DNA from: Hyaloraphidium curvatum SAG 235-1
Taxonomy: Eukaryota; Fungi; Monoblepharomycota
NCBI GenBank assembly: GCA_025558095.1
Contig: JAIVFI010000004.1
Span: forward strand, 868,001-932,000
Length of the DNA: 64,000 nucleotides
Direction of reading: 5' to 3'
Each line of letters starts with the position of its first letter. The first letter of the stretch is position 1. Below are positions 10,491 through 21,786 of this stretch, one piece after another. The position numbers and the translations under genes were made by a program. The notes under the pieces are model-generated. The model was not told the DNA's origin and did not search any database. It saw only the letters and a program-made list of their open reading frames with translations.

Positions 10491-12005
10491 CTACTCTTCC
10501 GCCTTAGCCCCGTCCGCCACATCCGCGAACCGCATTCTCCAATCCCTCTCCCAGAACTCGGACGAATACGGCCTCTCGAAGTTCTTCAGCGCGTCCGGCG
10601 GGTGGAACCAGTAATTGAGCGCCAAATGCCCCCCTTCGGCGCCGAACGACTCGACCTCGTGGAACCAGGAAGCGGGGAGGTACAGCATCTCCCCGGCCTC
10701 GAGCTCGCACCAGGCGGGCAGGGCGTCGGTGAAGAGGGGGAAGCGGGTGGAGAGGGTGGAGGGGGACGAGGTGAGGAGGGAGGTGTCAACGAGGCTGAAG
10801 TTGAGGGGGTCCTTGACGGTGCGGTCGGCCTTTCGGGGTGGGGGGGTGCCGTTGGCGGGCGCCTCGGGGTCCGAGGCGGCGTCTTCCTGATCTTCAGCAT
10901 CCTCTTGGTCGCCGCCATCCTCCTCGTCACCGAAACTGTCCGCGCCGCCCTCGTTTCCGGAGCCGGAATCCCCGTCTTCGTCATCCGAACCCGCCTCTTC
11001 GTCCAACCCCTCGTCGTCACCGATCTCGGCGCCGAGCATTGCCTCCATCGCCGCGTCCAGCCTCTTCTCGGCTCGCCTCACCCTCTCCTCCGCGCCCTCC
11101 ACACCACGCTCCGCGGCCTTCTCGGCCTCCTCGAGCTCCTTCTCCGCCTCGTCCCGCTCGATCTCGGCCAGCGCCGCGGCCTCGGCCATCGGATCCGCGC
11201 CGTACGCCGTCGTCTCCTCCCCCTCGTAGCATATCCGCCCGTTCGCGTGGACGCGGGTCATGACCCCGCGGGTGTACATCCTCCCGGCGTCCGCGGGCGA
11301 GTACAGCCGGAACCGCTTCCTCCCCCGCAGCAGGACGTAAAGATTATCGTGGTAATCGTGGTGCAGCCCCGTCGACGAGCCGTGTTTGTTGTTGCCCATC
11401 CACGCGTTGATGTTCTGCGGCACCAGGCCGCCCGCGAGCGCAGGGCGCAAAGGAAAATCCGACCGCAAGCGCTTGATGAAGGGCGCCATGATTTCGGGGC
11501 GGCCGTCGGGCTCGGCGTCGACGTCCTGGGTGGTGAGGTAGTGCATCTCGTCGCCCGCCGCGATCAGGTCCAGCAGCTCCTTGAAGGTCATGTCCACCTC
11601 GATACCGCGGCCGAACTTGGCCGTGTCGCTTTCACGGCGCTCGACGGCTATGGTTTCGTCGCCGGCCTTTTCGGCCAGGTACTCGTTGGTCCACTTCGAC
11701 GGCGCGGTGAAGTCGGCGTCCTTCAGGAACCCGCGCAGGACCACCGGCTTCCGTTTGGCAACATAGTCGCGGAAAAAGAGCTCGGGAGTGAGAGAATCCA
11801 AGTCCACCCGCTCGAGGGCGTAGTCCTTCGAGGGCACCGCGAACCCAGAGTAGGCGTTGGCAAAGGTGGGCGCTAGCCGCGGATCCTCGGGCGCCACGGC
11901 GTTGCCGCCGGCATCCGCGTGTTTGCCGTTGGGGACATCTTCGGCCCGCGGGCGTTTCCGTTTGTCATCTCCTTCCGCCGTGCGGACGCTGCGCTTGGCA
12001 AACAT
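10491..12005 (-). CDS. JmjC/cupin_8 2-oxoglutarate-Fe(II) oxygenase
   Basis: FFRDYVAKRKPVVL, NAWMG, TGLHHDYHDNLY..LRGRKRFRLYSP, LEAGEMLYLPASWFHEVES, ALNYWF; acidic insertion; intronless. Confidence 0.92.
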   Translation of the reverse strand: MFAKRSVRTAEGDDKRKRPRAEDVPNGKHADAGGNAVAPEDPRLAPTFANAYSGFAVPSKDYALERVDLDSLTPELFFRDYVAKRKPVVLRGFLKDADFTAPSKWTNEYLAEKAGDETIAVERRESDTAKFGRGIEVDMTFKELLDLIAAGDEMHYLTTQDVDAEPDGRPEIMAPFIKRLRSDFPLRPALAGGLVPQNINAWMGNNKHGSSTGLHHDYHDNLYVLLRGRKRFRLYSPADAGRMYTRGVMTRVHANGRICYEGEETTAYGADPMAEAAALAEIERDEAEKELEEAEKAAERGVEGAEERVRRAEKRLDAAMEAMLGAEIGDDEGLDEEAGSDDEDGDSGSGNEGGADSFGDEEDGGDQEDAEDQEDAASDPEAPANGTPPPRKADRTVKDPLNFSLVDTSLLTSSPSTLSTRFPLFTDALPAWCELEAGEMLYLPASWFHEVESFGAEGGHLALNYWFHPPDALKNFERPYSSEFWERDWRMRFADVADGAKAEE

Positions 12006-12082
12006 TGTTGTTTGGGCGGCCGTGTTTACGACTGTTTGCCCCTCACACTTCACGTCACGCGAGCGACACGACATCGGTCAAA

Positions 12083-14110
12083 ATGCAACGGCGGAGGTCG
12101 CAGCGGCTCGCTGCAAAGGGCTCACCCGCGACCGAAACCATCCCTACTGTCTCATCGCTCGTCGGTGCCGAGCGGCCGACCCTTTCGGGTGCTTCGACCG
12201 AGGTCCAACAGCGGATACTGGGCCACGTGCTGCGCGACGGAGGGATCGGTGCTGCCTTCCAAGTTGCCCGCGCGTGCCGAAGCTTGCTCTTTGCCTTCCG
12301 CGGGCTCCCTCTCTGGCGGCAGGTGGCCGAGAAACACGACTGGAAGAAGGTAGGGCAACGCAGGACGCCTCACTCTTGCGACCATCGCTGATTCGCGGGA
12401 GGACGGACGACAGCGTTCGAAAGATCTACCATTCGATGAGCACCTGTTGGTCGCGAAGTTGGAGTGGGATGAGGTCAGCCTTGTGCGTGCCCGAGGGCCT
12501 TCGTGCAACAGCTTATCCTCGTCCGCAGTCCTCTGAGGAACTGCCCTCCTTCGACGAGCGTTCGATCGTCGAGAAGCTGCAAAAGCTCGGCAGGGTACAC
12601 CTCTGCCACAACCACCTTTGCCTCGCGCTGACGACGGCGGAGTACCTGGTTCCCACGGACGACAACGTCTCGTCCCGCTTCTGCGAACCTTGCCTCCGCT
12701 CGCTGTGGGATCAAAACGAATGGGTCAGGAGGCAGTCGTTCGCTTCAAGGGCGTGGGCCGAAGCGGAGCGGCAAGCGAAGAGCGGGAAGCGCCTCCGTTC
12801 CGACGATGTCTCGAAGCTGGGCTTGTGGAAACGGGACGTTGCCGAGATTCCATACGTCATTGGTTACAAGGGAAAGGAGGTGAGCCGTGACATTCCCGTA
12901 TTCGATGAAGATGCTTAGCAGCGGGACCCGGTGACAGTATGCGGCCACGGAAGTGCTCATGAAGCAGTGGCACGCGTTCGGCGGCCAGGGGGGCGTCGAT
13001 GCCAAGAGGTACTTCGACGCGTCGGCGGTCCGGTCGCGGGCGTCTGCCCTGGTGCCGGAACTCCTGGGCCATGCCTGCGGCGCGATTGGATGCCAGATCG
13101 GTTGGACTGGGCGGCACCCCATCCTGAGCGAGATGGCGCCGGACTCGGATCCCGCGGAGGCGGCGTCGGCCGTCGTTGCGGATCTCCTCTCGGCGGAAGT
13201 CGCGGCTTCTTTCTCGGCGCACCCGCTGCATTTCCCGGAGGTGCCTTTCGTGATCGAGAAGTTCAAGCTGAACGAGGGGTACCGAGTGTGGTTCGATCGG
13301 CAGAACCGGAATTTCGAAGCCCATGCGGACCAGGACCGGTTCTACTCGGTTTTGCTGGAGGATTTGCAGAAGCGTTGTGCGGGACTCGGGATCGATCTGC
13401 GCTCGTTCCTGGTGGAGGAGCTGCGATCCGTCAGGGGCAGCCTCATCATAGTGCTTCCGAGCGACGACAGGACTGCGGCCATGATCCGGACGGCCCTCTT
13501 GGAGAAGGAAGCCGGGATTGCGGACGGGAAAGGGGAGCTCGATGGCCGGATCGCCCGCGCCGCGAAAGCCTTCGCCGACCTGCGCACCTCGCCTCCGGAT
13601 GAGAAGTTCGCCCACCTTCAGGCGGATGAGCTGCTCTACCTCTCGGACTACGAATGCGAGGCAGTGAATGTCGAGATCAGCAGGGCTGTGCGCCGCCGGG
13701 TTTCAGAAGAGGTCAACCGCATCCTCCGCGAGAGCCACGAAGCGGAGTGGTGCAATTTGGACGATGTGCCAGAAGCCAACGAGATGATGGCGGCGTTTCC
13801 GAACCGCGAAATGCTGGAGTTTGCCCGTTCCGTCGTGGATGCGGACTGGTTGGAGTTTGCCGGTTCCGTTGTGGATGCGGACTGGTTCGACTACTGGCTG
13901 GTTTCGGAAGCTACGAAGCACGCGAGGGCGATCCTCGGCCTGCCTGCGGAGGACGACAAGCGCGGCGCCGCGGATGACGTGCACGCCGAGTCGGAGAGGG
14001 GCTACTACTGCGGAAAGTGCCGGTACTTTGCGAGGAAGCTGACGACGTACGAGGTCATTCGGGCCCACCCGTGCGGGGTCGCATTCATCGAGGTCGGGCA
14101 TCGTGGCTAG
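12083..14110 (+). CDS. F-box-like protein with Zn-finger/XPA-like module (family A, long copy)
   Basis: PTLSGASTEVQQRILGHVLRDGGIGAAFQVARACRSLLFAFRGLPLW aligns with the 2971 gene; exons 12083-12349, 12414-12473, 12529-~12879, ~12938-14110; C-terminal CGKC...HPC. Confidence 0.7.
13815..13888 (+). repeat. 36-bp in-frame tandem duplication (LEFA(R/G)SVVDADW x2)
   Basis: tggagtttgcc(c/g)gttccgt(c/t)gtggatgcggactggt occurs twice. Confidence 0.9.
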
Positions 14111-14380
14111 GAATCCAAGCCGCTGGTGCATGCCGTTTGAAAAGATGCTGTTGCTAGATGCCGGTCTATTGTCGAACTGCAGATCGCCGCCCTGCTCCGT
14201 GTCATCACCGCCTTCCGTATGATCCATCATCCGTCACTCCGGCAATCTAAGCTGCGCTGATTGCTTTGACCGGATCATCGCCGCCGACTTTCGTAGGGAC
14301 GTGCTTCTGCGGCGGACATGCGACAGGACATCCTTCTGGACCCAGCCACCCTCCGCACCGATTTCCCAGAGACCGGCACG

Positions 14381-16384
14381 ATGCGAGCGCGCCGCCGGCC
14401 GCCTGACGCAATCCTCCTCGCGCTCCTCCTTTTCCTTTGTGCCGCAGGGCCAGCGCTCGCGGCGAGCCGGAAAGCCGTGCCGGTCGTGGACGCTTCCAAC
14501 GCCGACCGCACCCTCCGGCGCGGCGACCTGCTCTTCAAGTACCTCGGCGAGACGACGCAGATCTCCGCGACGCAGTTCGTCATAACCAACGGACAGAAGC
14601 TGATCCGCGAGGTCGGCGAGGCGCTGGACGACCGCCTGCGCAACGGCGACCCGCGCAGCTTCCATGTTGGCGTCTACATCGGCGGAGGCCGCGTGGCCGA
14701 GGCGCACGGCGGCAGCATCTCCACCGCACGCGTTGGGATCCGCACGATCGACGCGCACGCGGGCTACGTGTTCGAGGTGCTGCGCCCCAAGGACGAGAAG
14801 CTGGCGGCCCAGGCCGCGGACGTCGCCGAGGCGTGGGCTGCGCCGGGACGGATGAAGTACAACCTGCCGATCGCCGTGGCCCTGAAGAGCGCGAACTTCG
14901 GCCCCAAGGCAAGGAGGGCGGCGTTGGTTTACGGCCGCGCGGCGGCGAGGCGGGGCGGGCCGCCCGAGGTGGACGCCATGTTCTGCTCCGAGTTTGGCGT
15001 GGCGGTCTACCAGGCGGCCGTGGTCGCACGCCAGCTGGCAAGGAGCCCCAAGCTGACCTGGGAGGACATCATCATGCCGCTGGGCATCGACATCCATGCC
15101 TCGAACGTCTCGCCGCTGACCGCGCATGGCCGCCTCTTGGAGGCCTCGGCAAAGGGAATGTGGATCAGAGCGGGCTACGTTCTGGTGCGCCCCAACCGGG
15201 ATGCGACGGGGGACGGCTCTGGTGCCGCCGATGGGCCGGCAGGACCGGATGTCACCTCGGAGCTCGAGGTTCTGGGCAACCCAACCGAAGCCCGCTGGCC
15301 CGACGGCGAATCTGTCTACGCCCGCAACCCCTGGAGCCTCCGCGCCTTCCAAGGCCGCATCTACATCGGCAGCGGCAACTCCAACGACGACGGCCCCGCC
15401 CCCAACGCCGGCCCAGTGGACCTCTGGGTTTACGATCCCGCGGCGGGCAAATTTTCGAGCGAGTACGAAATCATGGACGAGCAGGTCGACGTGATCAAGG
15501 TCCTGGGCAAGCAACTCTGGATCCCCGGCCACGATTCACGGACCGTGGGCCGCGACGCGAGCGATTCGGAAAAGTACACGCCCCTCGAGATCGCCAAGGA
15601 CTGGGCCGAGGGCAACGTGTACAGAAAGACGGCGTCGGGGCGCTGGGAGCAGCTACGCAACATCAAGAACGGGATCCACGTCTACGATGTGCTCGCACAG
15701 GGGCGCACCCTGTTTGCGGCCGCGAGCGCCGTCACTGGGGGAACCGTCGCGCGGTCTTCGGACAACGGCCGCAGTTGGAGGGTTATGCTCACCTACGTCA
15801 AGCCCGCCGAGAGGTCGCGGTCGCTTTTTGTCCTGGGCGGCAAGGTGTACTGCTCCACCTCGGGCGCGCGGATCTACGTCTTTGACGGCAAGAAGAGCAT
15901 GGACAGGGTCAAGGTGTCCTTCTTCCCGGGAGTCGCCGACACCGCAAAAGTCTTTGCCGCGCGACCGACTTCCTTCGGCAACGCCGTCGTCTACATCGGT
16001 GCCAAGAAGCTGATCGACCACGACTACGCCCCGCTGGGCCTCTTTGCCGCGGCCTCCATCTCGCAGCCGCGGAGGCTCCGCCTGCCGGGCGGCGCGCTGC
16101 CGCGGGACATCCTCGCCACGGCGGGCAAGCTGTACGTGCTCGCATCCACGCAGCCGGACCCGGAAACGACGCTCGTGCAAGTGTTTTCGGCGGCGGACGC
16201 GGCGTGGAAATGGACCGAGGAGCTCCGATTCTCGGCCGACACCTTCGCGCGGTCGTTCGAGCTGCTGGACGGGTACTTTTACTTTGGCCTCGGGTGCGAC
16301 CCGGACAGGCTGGTGGATTCGACGGGGAGGATACTGCGCGTGCCGGTGCCGGGCAAGTCCGGCGAAGGTGATCGTTTGCGATGA
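14381..16384 (+). CDS. Secreted permuted papain-like (YiiX/YaeF, C92) amidase fused to beta-propeller
   Basis: Signal peptide; LRRGDLLF, FHVGVYIG..VAEA (His) lying before KYN...MFCSEF (Cys); C-terminal beta-rich repeats with Asp-box RSSDNGRSW; intronless. Confidence 0.75.
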   Translation: MRARRRPPDAILLALLLFLCAAGPALAASRKAVPVVDASNADRTLRRGDLLFKYLGETTQISATQFVITNGQKLIREVGEALDDRLRNGDPRSFHVGVYIGGGRVAEAHGGSISTARVGIRTIDAHAGYVFEVLRPKDEKLAAQAADVAEAWAAPGRMKYNLPIAVALKSANFGPKARRAALVYGRAAARRGGPPEVDAMFCSEFGVAVYQAAVVARQLARSPKLTWEDIIMPLGIDIHASNVSPLTAHGRLLEASAKGMWIRAGYVLVRPNRDATGDGSGAADGPAGPDVTSELEVLGNPTEARWPDGESVYARNPWSLRAFQGRIYIGSGNSNDDGPAPNAGPVDLWVYDPAAGKFSSEYEIMDEQVDVIKVLGKQLWIPGHDSRTVGRDASDSEKYTPLEIAKDWAEGNVYRKTASGRWEQLRNIKNGIHVYDVLAQGRTLFAAASAVTGGTVARSSDNGRSWRVMLTYVKPAERSRSLFVLGGKVYCSTSGARIYVFDGKKSMDRVKVSFFPGVADTAKVFAARPTSFGNAVVYIGAKKLIDHDYAPLGLFAAASISQPRRLRLPGGALPRDILATAGKLYVLASTQPDPETTLVQVFSAADAAWKWTEELRFSADTFARSFELLDGYFYFGLGCDPDRLVDSTGRILRVPVPGKSGEGDRLR

Positions 16385-16533
16385 CAGAACTTCAGGAGCT
16401 GGAACGCGGACCCGTGGCTACGGCTTCGCCGAAAAGGGAATGAGAAGAAGTGGACGCCGCATTCAGCGACGGTCTATTTTCGACCAAGCCCTGCCCTCGT
16501 CCGAGCCAGTCCGAGCGCCGCAACCACAAAAGA

Positions 16534-18399
16534 CTACCGCTCGCACGCCTCGTCCAACCAGCGGTGCCCGCTCTTGCCGGTGAAGAGCTTGTCCACGAGC
16601 TCGATCGACGCGCCCAGGCACCTGCAAGGAAGCGAATCAGTTGCTGGATCCGCGATCGCCCGAACAACACTACTCACCATCCGGTCTCGACGCCCTCCAC
16701 CTTCTTGGCCACCTTGACCTCCCTAGCCCCGCCCAGCCCGTACCCCTGCAGCAGCGACGCGATGTACGTCATGTCCAGGCAGAAGTGCGGGTTCTCCCTC
16801 GCTGCCTCCTTGATCTTCTTGGCCAGCGCGGCCGATTTGCCCGCCGGCAGCGGGCCGTCGTCGTGCAGGCACACCTGCTCCGCCCACCGCCGGATCTCGT
16901 CCAGCGACAGCCGGTCGGGCAGGTCCAGCTCCGAAAAGCGGTCGTAGAAGTAGCTGAACGCCACGATCTCCCCGCCAAACTCGCCGTCCAGGGGCGGCAT
17001 GTGCACGCCGTCGAACCCGCACGGCGGCTCCGGGCACGGGGACGACTGGTTGAACAGGCCCATCTTGAGCGCGTGCGCGGAGCACGTCTCGAAGGTGGAC
17101 CCCCGCGACGGGTGCGGCAGGCACGGGTGCGGGTCCTCCTCCGTCCCGGCGTCCTGCTCCGCCGCCGCGCGGCCCCGCGCGAGCTCCTTGGCGGGGGCCG
17201 TGATCCGCTTCCGCGCCTGCATGAGGCCGTACCCGAGGTACGAGTGCTGGTAGAGGATGTGCTCGCGGCCGTCGAAGGCGACGACGGCGCGGTGCGCGGG
17301 GTGCGAGGTCGGCGTGCGCGGCTCGAAGACCACCTGGGTCGAGGCGCCGCCGAGGTCCATGATGGCGACGGTGCCGCCCGAGCGAGGCGGGCGGAGGCCA
17401 AGGCGGCCGAGAAGGAAGTTGACCGTGATCCAGGCAAACACTCCTGGAGGGGAGGGGAGATCAGTGGCATGAATGGACATTCCGACAAAAGACAACCCAC
17501 CCTCGTCCTTGCCGTCCATCACTTCAACGCCCTCCATCTTCCAGCCGCCCTTTGCCACGCGCTTCTTGACCTCCTTCAGGATCTTCTCGCTCTTTTCCTT
17601 CCCCAGCAGCCGCAACCCCGCGGTCGCCTTGACCGCCACCGGCGTCTTGCACCTCCACTTTTCCGGCACCGTCTCCTCGGCCGCCTTCATCAGCAAGTCC
17701 AGCGACTTGGCCGCGCCCTCGGGGTCGTCCGCGAACGACGACAGGCCGGGCTTGGTCTGGACAAAGAGCTCGTCGTCCAGCTTGGGCACCGTGGAGCCGC
17801 AGAAGCGGAAGCGGTACACGTGGATCCGGGAGCCGGTGGAACCGGCGTCGATCATGAGGGCGTATTGGACGGGAGGGCGGTCGGAAGGGGGGGTGCAGGA
17901 GGAGGTCGTGATCGGGAGGAACGGTTTGCCTGGGCGTGAGACGGCGTCAGAACCATCATCAACTCCGACAAAAGCGGTCAAAGGATAAGCGGAAGCCGAA
18001 AATGGGGGAAAGAGGCCTCCATGAACCCAGAATGGAATATCGGTGGGGCTGCCAGGTGGCGTCCCTGTGTCGGCGTGCCCAAGGCCCCACGACAGCCCCA
18101 GGAGGCCAGCAAGCCCAACCAAAATCCCCATAATCCAAAGGTCCACGGCAGAAAAACGACGTACCTGTGCTTCCGATCCATTTCCAGCCCTCGGGGGCCA
18201 CCATCTCGGCACCACCGCCGCCCCTCCGCTTGCCCTTCCCGGACCCGCCATAGTACCACCACGCCGCCGCCGCGGCCAGCAGCAGCATCCAGAACCATCT
18301 CCTCCCCCTGCCCCGCTTCATCTTGTCGTAGCCCGCGTGGTGCGGCGCGTGGGCGGGCGGCCTCAGGAACGGGTTGCCGCCGCGCGGGTCGGCGGGCAT
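16534..18399 (-). CDS. GDA1: GDA1/CD39 nucleoside diphosphatase (Golgi GDPase)
   Basis: N-terminal TM anchor; apyrase regions IDAGSTGSRIHVY, ATAGLRLL, DGKDEG, MDLGGASTQ, ETGW|CLGA across introns. Confidence 0.9.
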
Positions 18400-18666
18400 C
18401 GGCGGCGCCCCGTCGGCGCCCGGCGGGTCGGGCGCGGCCGTCGCGGGGGCGCCGGTAGGATGGGCGGGCACGCGCCGCAGGGTGGCGGTGGAACGGGCAC
18501 CCGACGACGGCCACGAAAGGCTTTGTTTGGTGCGGGCTGGTACGTACGGGACCGGTCCCCGAATCTGTCGGAGTTGGCAGCATTTCCCCCCCTTCTTCGT
18601 ATGGACCGATCGGGTTATCTCTTCCACGCGATCGCACTGCGATCGAGCTCTCTGCCGTCCTACCAG

Positions 18667-20802
18667 TCAGGGGATCGCGCCCGACGACGACGCGCTCCGC
18701 GGCGACCCCGCCAGGGGCCCCTCCAGCCCGGGCAGATCCGCCAGGCCGACCGGCCCCAGCGCCTGCTGCCGGTCCACCAGAACGTCCCACGAGAACTTGG
18801 CGCGCTCCCCCGGCGCGTCGTCGTCCAGCTCCTCGGGCTGCGGCTCGGCCTGCCGTTCCTCCGCGCCGGGATCGGGGTTGGCGAGCGAGGCGTGCACAGC
18901 GGCGCGGAAGGCGTCCGAGGCCTGCCGCGCGCGGAGGCCGTATCCCCGTCCGAGGAGCTCCAGCGCACGGGCAAAAGTGCGCACGCCGAGCCGCAGCGCG
19001 GCGTCGATCTGTTCCCGCGAAGCGCGCCCGCCGTCCTCGCCGTCCTCCTGCGGAAGCGAGGCCGCCCCGGGGCGAAGGGCGTCGAGGAGCACGGTGCCCA
19101 TGGTGATGCAGGCGCCGACGACGGTGAAGGAGCCGTTTTCGAAGCCCGGGTCGCGCCGCAGCAGCCCGCGGACGAGGGACGCGGCGCGCAGGCTGCGGGC
19201 CTGGGCGGCCCGGGAAAAGCCCAGGAGGACGAGGGTCTCGACGGCGAAGAACTCGCCGTACAGGAACAGGATGGGCATGGAGACGGCGTACTGCTCGTCG
19301 GGATAGATCAGGTGCCAGGCGTCGAGGAAAGGGCCCGGGTCGCCACGAGCAAAGGGGCCGCCGACGTCGGGGGTCAGCGCCGAGAGGGCTACCTCGGCCA
19401 GCGAGGCCACCACGATGCCGTCCCGCCTGCTCGGCGGGCAACCGGCTTCCGCAGCCTCGCGACGGATGCGCTGCAGGTGGTGCCGGGCGTAGTCGTCCAG
19501 GTGGAGGAGGTACAGGGCGGAGCCGGCACCAAAGGCGAGGATCGCCATGTCCCGCGCGACACGCACCGCGGCCGCGGCAAAGTCATCCCCTGCGGCGCTC
19601 CTGGAGGCGGGGGGATGGTCTCCATAAGAGGTCGGGAAGGAAAGGCGGGGTTCCTGATCGCCCCACGACGCACGGACGGCCGCAAAGGCGGCCTCCGTGT
19701 TGGCATGGTCAAAGTACCGCTCCGCAACCGCGACCGGCTCGTCTGCGTGACCACCGGCCCCGAAGTACCTTCCAAATGTCGGCCGGTTGGAGTAGTGCGC
19801 CATGCCGTAGTCGAAGGCCGCGGTGATCATCCGCGCCCGGAGCACATGTTCCCGGCGCACCCAAGCCCCCGAGTCCTCCGGCGGGCCGGGCGGCAACCGG
19901 GAAACCATGCCCTCGGCAGATTGCGCCGCCAGCTGGAGCAAAGCAAACATCCGCCCCGGCAGACCGGCGATGGCCAGCAACTTGCACAGCATCACCGCGA
20001 CCAGCAAGGCCTCGAGGTCCGACCGGGCGTCCAGGGCAAACAGCAAATCTCGGGCCTTCAGGCTGCACCAACGCGCCACGGCAAGCCTCTTCCGCCTGTC
20101 CAACTCGGGTACCATCCGCACGCCCTGCGCCGCCAGGGCGTACAGCAACGCGGCCGGCTTCCGCGACGGGAAGCTGGCGCACGGCACCCCGCGCGTCGCG
20201 GCCTCGAACGACGCGCGGTGCACGAGCGGCAGGAAGGGGTGCGTGTGCGCAAAGAAGCGGCCCAGGGCGGCGTCCAGCACGGCCTGCGGGGTCGGCGCGC
20301 CGGGGCCGAGGTCGGGGAAGGGGCGCGAGGGGAGGGGCCGGGGGACGGCGGCCGGAGATAGGGGCGGAGGGGACGCGTCCGGAGAGCGCATCCCGCCGAG
20401 GGGAAATCCGCGGCTCAGCAGCCAGTCCAGCGGCGTCGCGGAGCCCCTCCTGCCGTGCGGCCCGGCGCCAGTCCCCCGGAGCACGCGCTGTCCGGCGGCG
20501 TCGGCGTCTCCCGCACGCACACGAACCGCAGCTGCCGGGCTGCCGAACCCCCCACCGTCCACCACCGTGCTGCGATCGCTCCGCACGCGATCGGCGTCCT
20601 CCTCCTCCGCGGTTCCGCCGTCCGCGAAGCCGCCGCCGGGCCCGTCCCTCGGTCCCCGCACCCGGGCCGCGAGCGCAGCCAGCTCGTCCCACGCCGGCGC
20701 CGCATCGTGGGCCCGCTGTGCGCGGATCACGAGCACGGTCGACGACATGGCGGCGGCCGCACGCCTGTCCCCAAGTGGGAGGGGATTGGGATGGCCAGCC
20801 AC
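18667..20802 (-). CDS. Fungal-specific transcription factor domain (Fungal_trans) protein; 5' exons uncertain
   Basis: FFAHTHPFLPLVHRASF...LLYALAAQG...LEALLVAVML...W-x-x-REHVLR. Confidence 0.75.
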   Translation of the reverse strand: MAGHPNPLPLGDRRAAAAMSSTVLVIRAQRAHDAAPAWDELAALAARVRGPRDGPGGGFADGGTAEEEDADRVRSDRSTVVDGGGFGSPAAAVRVRAGDADAAGQRVLRGTGAGPHGRRGSATPLDWLLSRGFPLGGMRSPDASPPPLSPAAVPRPLPSRPFPDLGPGAPTPQAVLDAALGRFFAHTHPFLPLVHRASFEAATRGVPCASFPSRKPAALLYALAAQGVRMVPELDRRKRLAVARWCSLKARDLLFALDARSDLEALLVAVMLCKLLAIAGLPGRMFALLQLAAQSAEGMVSRLPPGPPEDSGAWVRREHVLRARMITAAFDYGMAHYSNRPTFGRYFGAGGHADEPVAVAERYFDHANTEAAFAAVRASWGDQEPRLSFPTSYGDHPPASRSAAGDDFAAAAVRVARDMAILAFGAGSALYLLHLDDYARHHLQRIRREAAEAGCPPSRRDGIVVASLAEVALSALTPDVGGPFARGDPGPFLDAWHLIYPDEQYAVSMPILFLYGEFFAVETLVLLGFSRAAQARSLRAASLVRGLLRRDPGFENGSFTVVGACITMGTVLLDALRPGAASLPQEDGEDGGRASREQIDAALRLGVRTFARALELLGRGYGLRARQASDAFRAAVHASLANPDPGAEERQAEPQPEELDDDAPGERAKFSWDVLVDRQQALGPVGLADLPGLEGPLAGSPRSASSSGAIP

Positions 20803-21786
20803 CCGACACGGAACCGCCCGCAGGGTCCCCGACGCTTACCGGGGCGGCACATCCTCGCTGGGTCGCTTGAACAGCACGTTGGCCGACAATGGTTCCGAGA
20901 CGATGGAGAAGAACGCGGGCAACTGCTGCTTGGCTCGGGCGCCGAGAATCCGCGAAATGCCGCAGCTGTTCCGTCCGATCTCGGGGAATTCGGAAAAGCG
21001 GCCGAGCTCCACTGAAACCGTCAGCCGAGTTGCGCAAAGCACGGGATAGGATCACGCCCGGTGCCTGGTCACGGGAGGAAAGCCCGCCCCACTGCCCGGC
21101 GTGCCCGCACGTTGTCCGTTCCCCCGTCTGTTGTGGCTTTCCGTGCCTCGAATGCGTTCCGCTGGGCTGGAATCACCTCTCGAAGGGCGTCTCACTGGCT
21201 CGGAATGCGTTTTGGGGGCGGAAGCACCCAACAGACCCGATAGTATGGGTTCCGCGCCGAGCCACAGGGTTGCGTCTCGGGAGCCTCTCGATGTGACAGG
21301 TCCGCGCCAGTCCTAGAGACGTGCTCTCGCTCGTCGCGCCTACAGCAGAATAAGAACTCGTGGATCGCGATGTAGAGAGGCTCCGAACGCTGAATGCCGG
21401 CGTGTAGCGAGAACAGTGAACCGTCATCGCCCCTTGGGCGCGGGTATCTCCAACGAAACCACACAACAAACTGGTCGCGCTGGCACCGGGATCTAAGATA
21501 GAATTCCCAAAAGATTGTATTCCTGAAGTTTCACACGTCGTTTCTTTATTTCCGCATTTTTCTTCGCTTTCGGAAGGACGAAGCCGTTGACGTCTCATAC
21601 GATCAATGTTCTCCAAGCCCAGTCAGCGCTCGATGACAATAGAATCCTTGTGATGGATGGAAATCAGTTATACCTTGCTCTTCCAAAGGCGAACGTAATA
21701 CTGCTGGCCCCAAGTGGACGCTCTCCCTCACTCCCTCTTTTCTCGGGCCGGCAACAACCAAACACCCACCCGGGGACAACACCACG

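Noticed and set aside
3802-13888. Short direct repeats as a CRISPR array
   Set aside because: Only two adjacent copies each, no spacers, inside coding sequence, and no cas genes.
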